64,000 nucleotides of DNA, taken from positions 1,216,001-1,280,000 of the forward strand of contig CAXXVS010000001.1 of NCBI GenBank assembly GCA_963674755.2. Direction: 5' to 3'. A program made the position numbers and the translations under genes. The notes beneath the pieces are model-generated. The model was not told where the DNA came from and made no database searches. It was given only the letters and a program-made list of their open reading frames with translations. Source of the DNA: Desulfobacterales bacterium (lineage in GTDB: Bacteria > Desulfobacterota > Desulfobacteria > Desulfobacterales > UBA5852). Below are positions 1 to 10,026 of the stretch, piece after piece (position 1 is the stretch's first letter; each line of letters starts with the position of its first letter).

Positions 1-2
1 CC

Positions 3-1178
3 CGCATCATGGCGGCTGAAAAGCCGGGCGGGCTCGAAAAGCTGCACGAGGTGGTGACGACTACCATGAACAAGATCATTGCCGCTATCGTCAAACAGGC
101 CGGTGTTCACCTGGACGACATCAATGCCATCACCCTGGCGGGTAATACCACCATGACCCAGCTTTTTCTGAAGGTGAACCCACGCTATATCCGGCGATCG
201 CCCTATGTGCCGGCCAGCAATATCTATCCCCCGCTTCAGGCCACCGGATTGGGATTGGCATTGGGCGATCATGCGGCTGCTTTGGTCTATCCCCAGGTCT
301 CCAGCTATGTGGGAGGGGATATCGTGGCCGGTGTCATGGGTTCCGGAATGTACCGCGCCGAACGCTTGACTCTGTTCATGGACATCGGCACCAATGCCGA
401 GATCGTGATCGGCAACAAGGATTGGATGGCGTGCGCGGCCTGTTCGGCCGGGCCGGCCTTCGAGGGCGGGGGCATCGAGTTCGGCATGCGGGCTGCACGT
501 GGCGCCATCGAGGATTTCTCCATTGACCCCCTGACCTATGAACCCATGAACCTCACCATCGGCAATGTACGGCCCAAAGGGATATGCGGATCAGGTTTGA
601 TCACGACGGTGGCGGTGATGTTTGAAACAGGGGTCATCAACAACCAGGGCAAGTTCGACCGCGACTTGAAGACCGATCGCGTCCGCGAACGCGAGGGGGT
701 ATGGGAATATGTGCTGGCCTGGCAGGAGGAAACCCAGATCGACCGCGATATCGTCCTGACCGAGATCGACATCGAAAACCTGATTCGGGCCAAAGGGGCC
801 ATCTACAGCGGCTGCATGACCCTGCTCGAAGAAGTGGGCATGAGCATAGGGGATGTCGAACAGATCTATCTGGCGGGGGGCTTCGGCAGCTATGTGGATC
901 TGGAAAAGGCCATGGTGATCGGCCTGCTCCCGGAAATCGACCCTGACCAGGTGACCTACATCGGCAATGCCTCTTTGCTGGGGGCGCGCATGGCGGCCCT
1001 GACCAACCGGCTGCGGCAGGACGTGGTCAATGTCACGCGTATGATGACCAATTTCGAATTGTCGGAAACCGCTTCCTACATGGATCATTATGTGGCCGCC
1101 CTTTTCTTGCCGCACACCGATTTGAATCAGTTCCCAAAACTCAAGCAAAGATTGTCCGCGTCCCGAGCAAATAGTTGA
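3..1178 (+). CDS. acsV: ASKHA-type reductive activator of corrinoid/Fe-S protein (RACo/AcsV), 5'-truncated by the window edge
   Basis: Motifs GNTTM, YVGGDIVAG, DIGTNAE, SAGPAFEGG, GICGSG and LAGGFG. The frame is open back to the window start. Lies next to the acs genes. Confidence 0.88.
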   Translation, partial: RIMAAEKPGGLEKLHEVVTTTMNKIIAAIVKQAGVHLDDINAITLAGNTTMTQLFLKVNPRYIRRSPYVPASNIYPPLQATGLGLALGDHAAALVYPQVSSYVGGDIVAGVMGSGMYRAERLTLFMDIGTNAEIVIGNKDWMACAACSAGPAFEGGGIEFGMRAARGAIEDFSIDPLTYEPMNLTIGNVRPKGICGSGLITTVAVMFETGVINNQGKFDRDLKTDRVREREGVWEYVLAWQEETQIDRDIVLTEIDIENLIRAKGAIYSGCMTLLEEVGMSIGDVEQIYLAGGFGSYVDLEKAMVIGLLPEIDPDQVTYIGNASLLGARMAALTNRLRQDVVNVTRMMTNFELSETASYMDHYVAALFLPHTDLNQFPKLKQRLSASRANS

Positions 1179-1505
1179 ATCTTTTCGATAAACTAAACGC
1201 CATTCAGGGGGAATAGGCTATTGACAAAAAACGGCGCTGAAGATAGTGAGTACTATTCGCGTCTATATAAGGATGTCCCTGCATCATTTTTGCGGGTGGT
1301 CGGTAAACAGCCGAGCACGTTGCGCTTTGAAAATATTAAGGAAAGGGGGGCTGAAGAGAGACCATCATTTACGGGCAGGGCGTTTATCAAACGCCGATTT
1401 TTGCGCGTTGATAATGCCATTCGAAAGACAGTGGTTCACTTCATTTCTGACGAGAGCTGAGGGGTAGTTCGGTGATCGGCTCTTCCCACCTATAAGGAGG
1501 TTAAA

Positions 1506-3071
1506 TTGGGCTTCGAATTTTTTAAGGAATCATATGCCGGCAGCGTAAAGGAAATCACCCTGGGCAAGGGCGATTCGGCTGTGGTCGTTGGTGGCGAAAC
1601 CTGTTACCCGTTCTACCAGTTCGAAGGCAAGATGCCCAACAAACCACGGATTGCCATGGAAATCTGGGACATAGAGCCTGATGAATGGCCGGAAGCCGCG
1701 CTGGCGCCGTTTAAAGATGTGCTGGCCGATCCAGCGGCCTGGGCCAAGAAGTGTGTGGATGACTACGGGGCGGACATGATCGTGCTGCAGCTCAAGAGCA
1801 CGGATCCCAACGGGCAGGATGCCGGCCCGGCGGACGCCGCCGCCACCGTAAAAAAAGTGCTGGCTGCCATCAAGGTGCCGCTGGTTGTTTGGGGCACCGC
1901 CAATCCCCAGAAGGATGAGGAAGTCCTCAAGAAAATTGCCGAAGAGACCCAGGGCGAACAGCTGATCATCGGTCCTGTGGAAGACAAGAACCACAAGGGC
2001 ATCGGCGCGGCCGCCATGGGGTTCGGGCATACCATCATCTCGTCCTCACCCATCGACGTCAACCTCGCCAAACAGGTCAATATTTTGCTGGAAAACCTGG
2101 GCATGCCCATGGAGCGTGTCATTATCGATCCCACCACCGGCGGTCTGGGCTACGGCATGGAATACTCTTACTCCGTCATGGAACGTCTGCGCATGGCGGC
2201 CTTGAACCAGGGCGACGACAAACTGCAGTTGCCGATCATCAACAATATTGGCAACGAGGTGTGGAAATGTAAGGAAGCCAAGCAATCGGTGGATGAAGCC
2301 CCCACCCTGGGCGATCCGGAAAAGCGCGGCATCATGATGGAAGCGGTGGCCGCCGTCAGTTATCTGATGGCCGGATCCGACGTGCTGATCATGCGTCATC
2401 CCGAATCCATCCGTTTGGTGAAAGCCTATGTCGATCTGGTTTTCAGCGGGGGCTCGGCGGGGGACGTGGCGCCGGTCAAGAAGCAGCTGGACGATGTGGA
2501 TATCGACTTGGCCGCCTTGGCGCCTGCGCCGGATCTGACCATCGAAGAAGAAAAGAAAGCGGCCCCGGCTGCCAAGAAAGCGCCGGCCGCACCCAAAGAA
2601 GCGCCCAAGGCAGCGGCCAAACCCGCCCCGGCCGCACCCCAGGAAGCGCCTAAAGCGGCCGCCCAGCCCGAACCGGTAGCGGAAGCACCCAAGGTGGACG
2701 CGGCTGCGGAAGCGGCGGCCAAGGCCAAAGCGGAAGCGGAAGCCAAGGTCAAAGCCGAGGCCGAAGCGGCGGCCAAGGCCAAGGCGACCGAGGAAGCCAA
2801 AGCCAAGGCCGAGGCGGATGCTAAGGCCAAGGCAGAGGCCGAAGCCAAAGCCAAGGCCGAGGCAGCGGCCAAGGCCAAGGCCGAAGCTACCGCCAAGATG
2901 GAAACCGAGATTGCCGAGCTTCGTGCCAAGCGTGCCAAAGAGCGTGAGGAACGGGCGGCTGCCAGAGCCGCACAGGGTCAGGAAGGAAAAACCCTGACGC
3001 CGGCCGCCATCCAGAAGGATATGGTCGAGAAGCTCATTGAAAAGGTTAACTGGGCCCATAAACGCGTGTAG
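1506..3071 (+). CDS. acsD: Corrinoid Fe-S protein small subunit (CODH/ACS delta) with a long low-complexity C-terminal extension
   Basis: TTG start after AGGAGG. Motifs SPIDVNLAKQVN, IIDPTTGGLGYGMEYSYSVMERLR and IMRHP. Confidence 0.93.
   Translation: MGFEFFKESYAGSVKEITLGKGDSAVVVGGETCYPFYQFEGKMPNKPRIAMEIWDIEPDEWPEAALAPFKDVLADPAAWAKKCVDDYGADMIVLQLKSTDPNGQDAGPADAAATVKKVLAAIKVPLVVWGTANPQKDEEVLKKIAEETQGEQLIIGPVEDKNHKGIGAAAMGFGHTIISSSPIDVNLAKQVNILLENLGMPMERVIIDPTTGGLGYGMEYSYSVMERLRMAALNQGDDKLQLPIINNIGNEVWKCKEAKQSVDEAPTLGDPEKRGIMMEAVAAVSYLMAGSDVLIMRHPESIRLVKAYVDLVFSGGSAGDVAPVKKQLDDVDIDLAALAPAPDLTIEEEKKAAPAAKKAPAAPKEAPKAAAKPAPAAPQEAPKAAAQPEPVAEAPKVDAAAEAAAKAKAEAEAKVKAEAEAAAKAKATEEAKAKAEADAKAKAEAEAKAKAEAAAKAKAEATAKMETEIAELRAKRAKEREERAAARAAQGQEGKTLTPAAIQKDMVEKLIEKVNWAHKRV
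2560..2900 (+). repeat. Coding Pro/Ala/Lys and (AEAEAKAK)n-type tandem repeats inside acsD
   Basis: Repeated gccaaggcc/gaggccgaa units encoding KAAPAAKKAPAAPKEAPK and AEAEAKAKAEA. Confidence 0.85.
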
Positions 3072-3132
3072 GGAAAGCATCGCAGAGGGGTTATTTCTGT
3101 AGAATTCTTAATAGCATGAGGAGGAACCTCGT

Positions 3133-5163
3133 ATGGCAGAAGTAAAACAAATCAAAAAAGCGGCCAAAGAAGCCAAAAAGGCCGATCCCGTCGCCGCCAG
3201 TATCGATAAGGCTACCCAGCAGATGATTGCGCGGGCTCAAGAACTGGGGGTTGAAACGGTTTTCGACCGCGCTGTTAGCATGAAACCCTGTAATATAGGT
3301 AACCAGGGCACATGCTGCAAGAATTGCAGCATGGGACCCTGCCGCCTGCCGCTGCCCAAGGATTATGACGAGTCCTCGGATGAGCGCAAGGGCCTGTGCG
3401 GAGCGACCGCCAACACCATTGCCGCCCGGAACTTCATCCGTATGGTGGCCGGCGGCGCTGCTGCTCACTCGGACCACGGCCGCAGTGTGGCCGAAGTTTT
3501 TATGTCCGCCGCCCGCAAGGAAACCGATGTTTACAAGATCAAAGACGAAGCCAAGCTGCTTCAAGTCGCCCCGGCGCTTGGGGTGGCCACCACGGTGGAA
3601 GTGGATGGGGAAGTCCAGGATCGGGACATCGACGAGATTGCCTTGGAAGTGGCCGAAGTGGCGCTTAACGAGTGGGGCAAAGCCGAGGGCGAAGTCAAAT
3701 ACCTGAAACGGGCACCGGAAGCCCGCTACGCGCTCTGGAAGAAGCAGGGCGTACTGCCGCGCAACATCGATCGTGAAATCGTAGAGATCATGCACCGTAC
3801 CCACATGGGCGTGGACCAGGACTATCACAACCTGATGAAGCAGGGCGTGCGTGCGGCCCTGGGTGACGGCTGGGGCGGTTCCATGCTGGCCACCGATCTG
3901 CAAGACATTTTGTTCGGCACTCCTTATCCCCTGGTCTCCGAAGCCAACCTGGGCGTCATGAAGGAAGACATGGTCAACCTGGTGATTCACGGTCACGAGC
4001 CGGTGCTTTCGGAAGTGATCGTGGAAGTGGCCCAGACCAAGGAGATGATCGACTATGCCAAGGAGAAGGGGGCCAAGGGCATCCAACTCTCCGGTATCTG
4101 CTGCACCGCCAACGAGATCCTGCAGCGCCACGGCGTGCCGCTGTGCGGTACCTTCCTGCAACAGGAACTGGCCATTGTGACCGGCGCCTGCGACGCCATG
4201 GTGGTGGATATCCAGTGCATCATGCAGAATATCGCCGCGGTGGCCGAATGCTTCCATACCAAGATCATCACCACCCACCCGATTGCGCGCATGGAGCAGA
4301 AGAGCGTAATCCACATCGAGTTCGACGAGCACCACGCCCTGGAAGACGCCAAACGGATCGTGAAGTTGGCCATTGACAACTTCGCCAACCGTAAGGGCAA
4401 TGTGATGATTCCCCAGCAAAAAGCCCCGGTTGTGGCCGGCTTCGGCGTGGAATCGGTACAATACCACCTGGGCGGCACCTTCCGTGGCGATTATTACACC
4501 CTCAACGACAACATCATCAACGGCCGCATCCGCGGCATTGGCGGCGTGGTGGGCTGCAACAATGCCCGCGTGCGGCACAATGAAGGCCATATCGCGGTAG
4601 TCAAGGAGTTGATCAAGAACGACGTCATCGTTCTGACCACCGGCTGCAACGCGATTGCCTGCGGCATGGAAGGGCTGCTGACGCCGGAATCGGCCAAGGT
4701 CTTCTGCGGTCCCGGCCTGGCTGAGGTCTGCGAGACCGTTGGTATCCCGCCGGTCCTGCACCTGGGCTCCTGCGTGGACAACAGCCGTATTCTGCTGGCG
4801 GCCACCGAAGTGGTCAGGGCCGGTGGCTTGGGCCATGACATCAGTGACCTGCCGGCGGCCGGCAGCGCTCCGGAATGGATGAGCGAGAAGGCCATCAGCA
4901 TCGGTCAATATTTTGTGGCCTCGGGCGTCTACACGGTCTTCGGCGCGGTGTTCCCCACCGAGGGCGCGCCTGTTTTCCAGCGCTTCCTCTTTGAAGAGAT
5001 GGAGCAGATGTATGGCGGCATGTGGGATTTCGAAAAGGATCCCATCAAACACGCCCAGAAGATGATCGCCCATATCGACAAGAAACGGGAAGCGCTCGGG
5101 ATCAACAAGGCCCGCGAGCGGGTCATGATGGATTTCTCCATGCGTCAGGCCCTGGATGTCTAA
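3133..5163 (+). CDS. cooS: Ni-dependent carbon monoxide dehydrogenase catalytic subunit (CooS/AcsA)
   Basis: C-x7-CCKNCSMGPC cluster motif, AAAHSDH, HGHEP, GICCTANE, GCNN, GSCVDN and PEWMSEKA. RBS GAGGAGG. Confidence 0.96.
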   Translation: MAEVKQIKKAAKEAKKADPVAASIDKATQQMIARAQELGVETVFDRAVSMKPCNIGNQGTCCKNCSMGPCRLPLPKDYDESSDERKGLCGATANTIAARNFIRMVAGGAAAHSDHGRSVAEVFMSAARKETDVYKIKDEAKLLQVAPALGVATTVEVDGEVQDRDIDEIALEVAEVALNEWGKAEGEVKYLKRAPEARYALWKKQGVLPRNIDREIVEIMHRTHMGVDQDYHNLMKQGVRAALGDGWGGSMLATDLQDILFGTPYPLVSEANLGVMKEDMVNLVIHGHEPVLSEVIVEVAQTKEMIDYAKEKGAKGIQLSGICCTANEILQRHGVPLCGTFLQQELAIVTGACDAMVVDIQCIMQNIAAVAECFHTKIITTHPIARMEQKSVIHIEFDEHHALEDAKRIVKLAIDNFANRKGNVMIPQQKAPVVAGFGVESVQYHLGGTFRGDYYTLNDNIINGRIRGIGGVVGCNNARVRHNEGHIAVVKELIKNDVIVLTTGCNAIACGMEGLLTPESAKVFCGPGLAEVCETVGIPPVLHLGSCVDNSRILLAATEVVRAGGLGHDISDLPAAGSAPEWMSEKAISIGQYFVASGVYTVFGAVFPTEGAPVFQRFLFEEMEQMYGGMWDFEKDPIKHAQKMIAHIDKKREALGINKARERVMMDFSMRQALDV

Positions 5164-5208
5164 CCCCATTGCCGTGAAGGCTTAAAATCCTCAACGAAGG
5201 AGGAATGT

Positions 5209-7422
5209 ATGTCCAAATTAGTCGCGTTTGCCGCCATTCAGGGTGGCTATAATATTGTTTCGAAAGTTGAAGGTGATGTGAAGCAGGCCTTGGAAACCTA
5301 TAACGCCGACACTCCGGTGGGGTTTCCGAACACGGCCTACTACCTGCCGGTCATCTATTCCCTGCTGGGCATCAAAGTTGAAAAACTGGAAGACCTGGAG
5401 AAGCCGTTGGCCTTCTGCCGCAAACTGCTCCCGCCGCATGTCAAATCGCGCAACCATCTGCCTTACCTCGGGCCGCTGCTGGACGCCGGCATGGCGGCCA
5501 TCATGGCTTTCGAGATCAAGGAAGCCCTGCGTTATCTGAACGATCCGGATTTCTACTATGTTTCCGAGGAATGCGATCCGGAAAACGGCAAGCTTTGGCT
5601 GGGCGCGGCGGCCGATACCATCTTCCGGACCCGCGGCGTGGAGTTCGTGGACGGATCGGCTCCGGGGTTTGCGGCCATCGTGGGGGCGGCCCCCTCACCC
5701 GAAGTGGCCAAGGAAATCATCGAAGAATACCAGAAACGCAGCATCTACGTCTTCCTGGCGGCCAACCAGAACGGCACCAATATTTCCGAGCAGTTGGTCG
5801 AGGCCGGGGTCCAGGTGGGCTGGAACACCAAGATCGTGCCCTTCGGCCCGGACATCTCCTCGGCCGTGTTCGCCCTGGGATTCGCGAACCGTGTGGCCAT
5901 GGCTTTCGGCGGCGTCCAGCCGGGTGACTACAAGAAGATCCTCAAATACAACAAGGACCGTGTTTTCGCCTTTGTTAACGCTCTGGGCGACGTGGGCACC
6001 GAGTGGGCGGCGGCGGCGGCCGGCTGTGTCAACTGGGGTTTCCCGACCCTGGCCGACACCGACATTCCGGAAATTCTACCTACGGGTATCTGTACCTATG
6101 AGCATGTCGTGGCCAACGTGGCCCATGATGAAATGGTCCAGAAGTCGGTGGAGATCCGCGGTCTGAAGGTGACCGTTTCCGACATCGACATTCCCTGCAA
6201 CTTCGGTCCGGCCTATGAGGGCGAGCGCGTGCGCGGCGCCGATCTCTACACCCAGATGGGGGGCGGCAAGACCCAGGCCACCGAACTGGTGAAGATGGCC
6301 GAGATGAACGAGATCGAAGACGGCAAGGTCACGGTCATCGGTCCCGATATCGGCGACCTCAAGGAAGGCGATGTGTTGCCCCTGGGAATCTACGTCGAGG
6401 TGGCGGGCCGCGAAATGCAGAGCGATTTCGAGCCGATCCTGGAACGCCAGACCCACCATCTGGTGAACTACATCCAGGGCATCATGCACATGGGCCAGCG
6501 CGATATCGCCTGGGTGCGCGTGAGCAAAGCCGCCGTGGAAAAAGGGTTCACCCTGAAGGATATCGGGGTGGTGTTGCACGCCAAATACCATCAGGACTTC
6601 GGTGCTATTCTCGACAAGGTCCAGGTGACGCTCTACACCAAGAAGGAAGACGTGGATAAGCTGACCGCACGGGCGCGCGCGGAATACAAGACCCGTGACG
6701 AACGGGTGGACAAGATGACCGACGAGGATGTGGAGATTTTCTACTCCTGCACCCTGTGCCAGTCATTTGCTCCCAGCCATGTATGCGCGGTCAGCCCGGA
6801 GCGTACCGGCCTTTGCGGCGCTTACAACTGGATGGACTGTCGGGCGTCTTATCAGATCAATCCCACCGGCCCCAACCAGCCCATCGAGAAGGGCGAGGTC
6901 CTGGATGCCAAACTGGGTATGTTCAAGGGCGTCAACGAGTTTGTTGCCAAAGCGTCCCGCGGCGCCATCACCCAGTATAACTTCTACTCCATGGTACACG
7001 AGCCCATGACGACCTGCGGGTGCTGTGAGTGTATTGCGGCCATGCTGCCGTCCTGTAACGGTGTCATGACGGTCAACCGCGAGTACACCGGGGAGACCCC
7101 CTGCGGGATGAAGTTCACCACCCTGGCGGGTGTCATGGGCGGCGGGGCCTCCTCGCCAGGCTTCGTGGGCCACTCCAAGTACAACATCACCCAACGCAAG
7201 TTTATCGTCGGCGACGGCGGGCTCCTGCGCATGGTCTGGATGCCCAAAATGCTGAAGGATGAAATCCGGGAGCGCCTGATTCAGCGCGGTACCGAAATGG
7301 GCGATCCGGAGCTGGTGGATAAAATCGCCGACGAAACGGTGGGGATCACCGAGGAAGAGATCATGCCCTTCCTGCAGGAAAAGGGGCATCCGGCGTTGTC
7401 CATGCCGCCGATTATCGGTTAG
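5209..7422 (+). CDS. acsB: Acetyl-CoA synthase (AcsB)
   Basis: FPNTAYYLP, FYSCTLCQSFAPSHVC, PERTGLCGA, PMTTCGCCEC and KGHPAL. Confidence 0.96.
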   Translation: MSKLVAFAAIQGGYNIVSKVEGDVKQALETYNADTPVGFPNTAYYLPVIYSLLGIKVEKLEDLEKPLAFCRKLLPPHVKSRNHLPYLGPLLDAGMAAIMAFEIKEALRYLNDPDFYYVSEECDPENGKLWLGAAADTIFRTRGVEFVDGSAPGFAAIVGAAPSPEVAKEIIEEYQKRSIYVFLAANQNGTNISEQLVEAGVQVGWNTKIVPFGPDISSAVFALGFANRVAMAFGGVQPGDYKKILKYNKDRVFAFVNALGDVGTEWAAAAAGCVNWGFPTLADTDIPEILPTGICTYEHVVANVAHDEMVQKSVEIRGLKVTVSDIDIPCNFGPAYEGERVRGADLYTQMGGGKTQATELVKMAEMNEIEDGKVTVIGPDIGDLKEGDVLPLGIYVEVAGREMQSDFEPILERQTHHLVNYIQGIMHMGQRDIAWVRVSKAAVEKGFTLKDIGVVLHAKYHQDFGAILDKVQVTLYTKKEDVDKLTARARAEYKTRDERVDKMTDEDVEIFYSCTLCQSFAPSHVCAVSPERTGLCGAYNWMDCRASYQINPTGPNQPIEKGEVLDAKLGMFKGVNEFVAKASRGAITQYNFYSMVHEPMTTCGCCECIAAMLPSCNGVMTVNREYTGETPCGMKFTTLAGVMGGGASSPGFVGHSKYNITQRKFIVGDGGLLRMVWMPKMLKDEIRERLIQRGTEMGDPELVDKIADETVGITEEEIMPFLQEKGHPALSMPPIIG

Positions 7423-7440
7423 TGGCGGAATGTCTACCCC

Positions 7441-7477
7441 GACCGACCGGGGCGACGTTTTCGTCCCCCGGCCGGTC
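7441..7477 (+). other. GC-rich stem-loop between acsB and acsC, with no U-tract
   Basis: gaccgaccggggcgacg-tttt-cgtcccccggccggtc pairs with one mismatch and one bulge. Confidence 0.55.
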
Positions 7478-7546
7478 ATGATGTTGATCCTAATATTGCA
7501 TACGCAACGGTTCTAAATAGCGCTGAACAACAGCAAGGAGAAAACC

Positions 7547-8887
7547 ATGGCATTAACCGGTATTCAGATTTTTAAACTCCTGCCGAAAACCAATTGCAAG
7601 GAATGCGGTGTGCCGACTTGCCTGGCCTTTGCCATGAACCTGGCATCGGGCAAGGCCGAGCTGGACAGTTGCCCCTATGTCTCCGATGAAGCCCGCGAAA
7701 AACTGGCGGAAGCCTCGGCCCCGCCGATCCGCCCCGTGGTGCTGGGCGCCGGGGTACGCAAGACCACCGTGGGCGGGGAAACCGTCCTCTACCGGCACGA
7801 AAAAACATTTTTCAATCCCACAGCCCTGGCCGCTCTGGTAACTTCCGACACGGCCGAGGCCGATCTGACCGCTAAGCTCAAAGGCTGGAACGCCCTCCAG
7901 TTCGAACGGGTGGGCCTCAACCTGCGTCCCGAACTCGTGGCGCTCAAGGATGTCAGCGGCGATGCCGCGGCCTTTGCCAAACTGGCCAAACTGGTGGCCG
8001 AAACCTCGGAGTTCAACCTGGTGTTGATGAGTGACGGCGTGGATGTCCTGAAAGCCGGGGCCGAAGCCTGCGCCTTCAAACATCCCCTGCTTTACGCTGC
8101 CACGGAAAGCACGGTGGATGCGCTGGGTGCGCTGGCCAAGGAGATGGGGCTGCCGCTGGCCGTCAAGGCCGATTCGGTGGAAGCGCTGGTACCCCTGACC
8201 ACCAAGCTGACCGAGATGGGGTTGAAGGACATCGTGCTGGATGCAGGCTCCCGTGATGTCAAAGGCTCGCTGGACGACCAGGTGGCCATCCGCCGGGCCG
8301 CCCTCAAAGATCTCAACCGGGCGGTGGGCTTTCCGACGATTACCTTCCCCTGTGAAATGGCCTCCAATCTGGACATGGAAACATTGCTGGCCGGGCAGTT
8401 TATCGCCAAATACGGCGGAATCGTTGTCCTGTCGGATTTTGTCGGCGATTCCCTGTTCCCGCTGCTGTTGGAACGCTTGAACATCTATACCGACCCCCAG
8501 CGGCCCATGACCGTGACCGAGGGCATTTTCGAAATCAACAACCCGGACGAGAATTCGCCGGTGCTGGTGACCACCAACTTCGCCCTGACCTACTTCATCG
8601 TGTCCGGCGAGATCGAAGCCAGCAAGGTGCCCGCCTGGCTGCTGATCAAGGATTCCGAAGGGTTGTCGGTCCTTACCGCATGGGCGGCCGGCAAATTTGC
8701 CGGCGACGATGTGGGCATGTTCGTCAAGAAGAGCGGCATCATGGACAAGGTCAAACATACCGAACTGATTATCCCCGGTTACGCGGCTGCTATTGCCGGT
8801 GATGTGGAAGAAGAACTGCCTGGCTGGACCATTACGGTGGGGCCGCGTGAGGCCGCCCATCTGCCCGGCTTTCTCCGCGGGCGGTAA
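7547..8887 (+). CDS. acsC: Corrinoid Fe-S protein large subunit (CODH/ACS gamma)
   Basis: LPKTNCKECGVPTCLAFA...CPY Fe-S motif, NIYTDPQRP, TTNFALTYF and SVLTAWAAGKF. Confidence 0.96.
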   Translation: MALTGIQIFKLLPKTNCKECGVPTCLAFAMNLASGKAELDSCPYVSDEAREKLAEASAPPIRPVVLGAGVRKTTVGGETVLYRHEKTFFNPTALAALVTSDTAEADLTAKLKGWNALQFERVGLNLRPELVALKDVSGDAAAFAKLAKLVAETSEFNLVLMSDGVDVLKAGAEACAFKHPLLYAATESTVDALGALAKEMGLPLAVKADSVEALVPLTTKLTEMGLKDIVLDAGSRDVKGSLDDQVAIRRAALKDLNRAVGFPTITFPCEMASNLDMETLLAGQFIAKYGGIVVLSDFVGDSLFPLLLERLNIYTDPQRPMTVTEGIFEINNPDENSPVLVTTNFALTYFIVSGEIEASKVPAWLLIKDSEGLSVLTAWAAGKFAGDDVGMFVKKSGIMDKVKHTELIIPGYAAAIAGDVEEELPGWTITVGPREAAHLPGFLRGR

Positions 8888-8985
8888 TTTTTTATATCGC
8901 TGCCGGTTTTACAGGGGCGGTGCTGGTTCAAGGCCGCCCAAGCCCAATCGGCCAGGAAACAAAGCCTACGAGAGAGGGAGGTTCT

Positions 8986-9882
8986 ATGCTACTGTTTGGT
9001 GAAAGTTTGAATGTGATTTCCACGAAGATCGGCCGTGCCTTCAAGGAGCGGGACCCCAAGCCGATCCAGGAAGAGGCCCTGTTTCAGAAAGAAAAACGGA
9101 TGGACTACATCGACATCAACCTGGGACCGGCCAAGAAGGACGGCCACGAATTGATGCCCTGGGTGGTGGAGGTGGTTCAGGATGTTGTGCCTGATTTGCC
9201 CCTGTTGTTGGACACATCCAATATCGACGCCATCGAAGCCGCTTTGAAAGTGATCAAACAGGTGCCCAGCGGCACGCCGCATATCATCAACTCCATCATG
9301 GTGCGGCCGGAGCGCTATGAGCGCATGGTTCCCATGGCGGCCGAACACAATGCCGACTTCGTCGCTTTGATGTGGGGCCCCGAGGGGCTGCCCCGGGATG
9401 AAAACGAACGCGCGGCCCTGTGCGTCGAACTGCTTTATTTCGCCAACGAGGCCGGCATTCCCAACGAGAAAATCTGGGTGGACGGTATCGTTACCCCCGT
9501 CAATATCCAGCAGCCTCAGGCCATCAGCCTGATGGAATTCCAGAAGATGATTCCGGACATGGCCCCCGGCGCCCGGAGCACCTGCGGCCTGTCCAATATT
9601 TCCAACGGTCCGCCTGACCACCTGCGGCCCATTCTTAACCAGACGTACACTGTGATGCTGATGAAATGCGGCATGGAATCGATCATCTCGGATCCCCGCG
9701 ACGAGCTGCTCACCGCCATCTGCAAGGGTGAGCGCCAGGACATCGTGGATCTGATTTACGGCATGTTGGACGGGCAGGCACCGGATGTGGGTGGACTTTC
9801 CGAAGAGCTGCTGAAATACAAGAAGACGGTCGATGTCATCCTGGGCAATACGCTTTACTCGGATTCATGGCTGGAGGTCTAA
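8986..9882 (+). CDS. acsE: Methyl-THF:corrinoid Fe-S protein methyltransferase (pterin-binding barrel)
   Basis: ATG at 8986 after GGAGG. Motifs GESLN, YIDIN, LDTSN, IINS and GLSNISN. Last gene of the acs run. Confidence 0.88.
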   Translation: MLLFGESLNVISTKIGRAFKERDPKPIQEEALFQKEKRMDYIDINLGPAKKDGHELMPWVVEVVQDVVPDLPLLLDTSNIDAIEAALKVIKQVPSGTPHIINSIMVRPERYERMVPMAAEHNADFVALMWGPEGLPRDENERAALCVELLYFANEAGIPNEKIWVDGIVTPVNIQQPQAISLMEFQKMIPDMAPGARSTCGLSNISNGPPDHLRPILNQTYTVMLMKCGMESIISDPRDELLTAICKGERQDIVDLIYGMLDGQAPDVGGLSEELLKYKKTVDVILGNTLYSDSWLEV

Positions 9883-9913
9883 ACCCCTGCCCTGCCTTCA
9901 CCGATGGATGCAT

Positions 9914-9943
9914 AAAAAGCCCTTCCACCGGGAAGGGCTTTTT
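9914..9943. terminator. Intrinsic terminator, probably bidirectional, closing the acs operon
   Basis: aaaaagcccttcc-accg-ggaagggcttttt is a perfect inverted repeat with A and T tails. Confidence 0.85.
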
Positions 9944-10026
9944 GTACTTTTGCCCAGACGGTTGGCCGCGGCGGTGCTTTAGCCGCCCCGCAGCCTCCTG
10001 CCACAAAAGAAAGGATCGGAATTCCC

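Noticed and set aside
1179..1505. Riboswitch (e.g. cobalamin) or small ORFs upstream of acsD
   Set aside because: No B12-box or other riboswitch consensus recognised. TTGACA at 1221 lacks a well-spaced -10. The ORFs look non-coding.
2560..2900. Repeats considered as a CRISPR array
   Set aside because: In-frame degenerate coding repeats with no unique spacers and no cas genes.
2426..2938. Minus-strand ALASAS-repeat ORF
   Set aside because: It is the antisense reading of the acsD AEAKAK repeats.
3091..5169. 692-aa minus-strand ORF, and similar long antisense ORFs over acsC, GAPDH, tmcB, ulaG and others
   Set aside because: Shadow frames of strongly biased GC-rich genes. They have no motifs and fully overlap well-supported CDSs.
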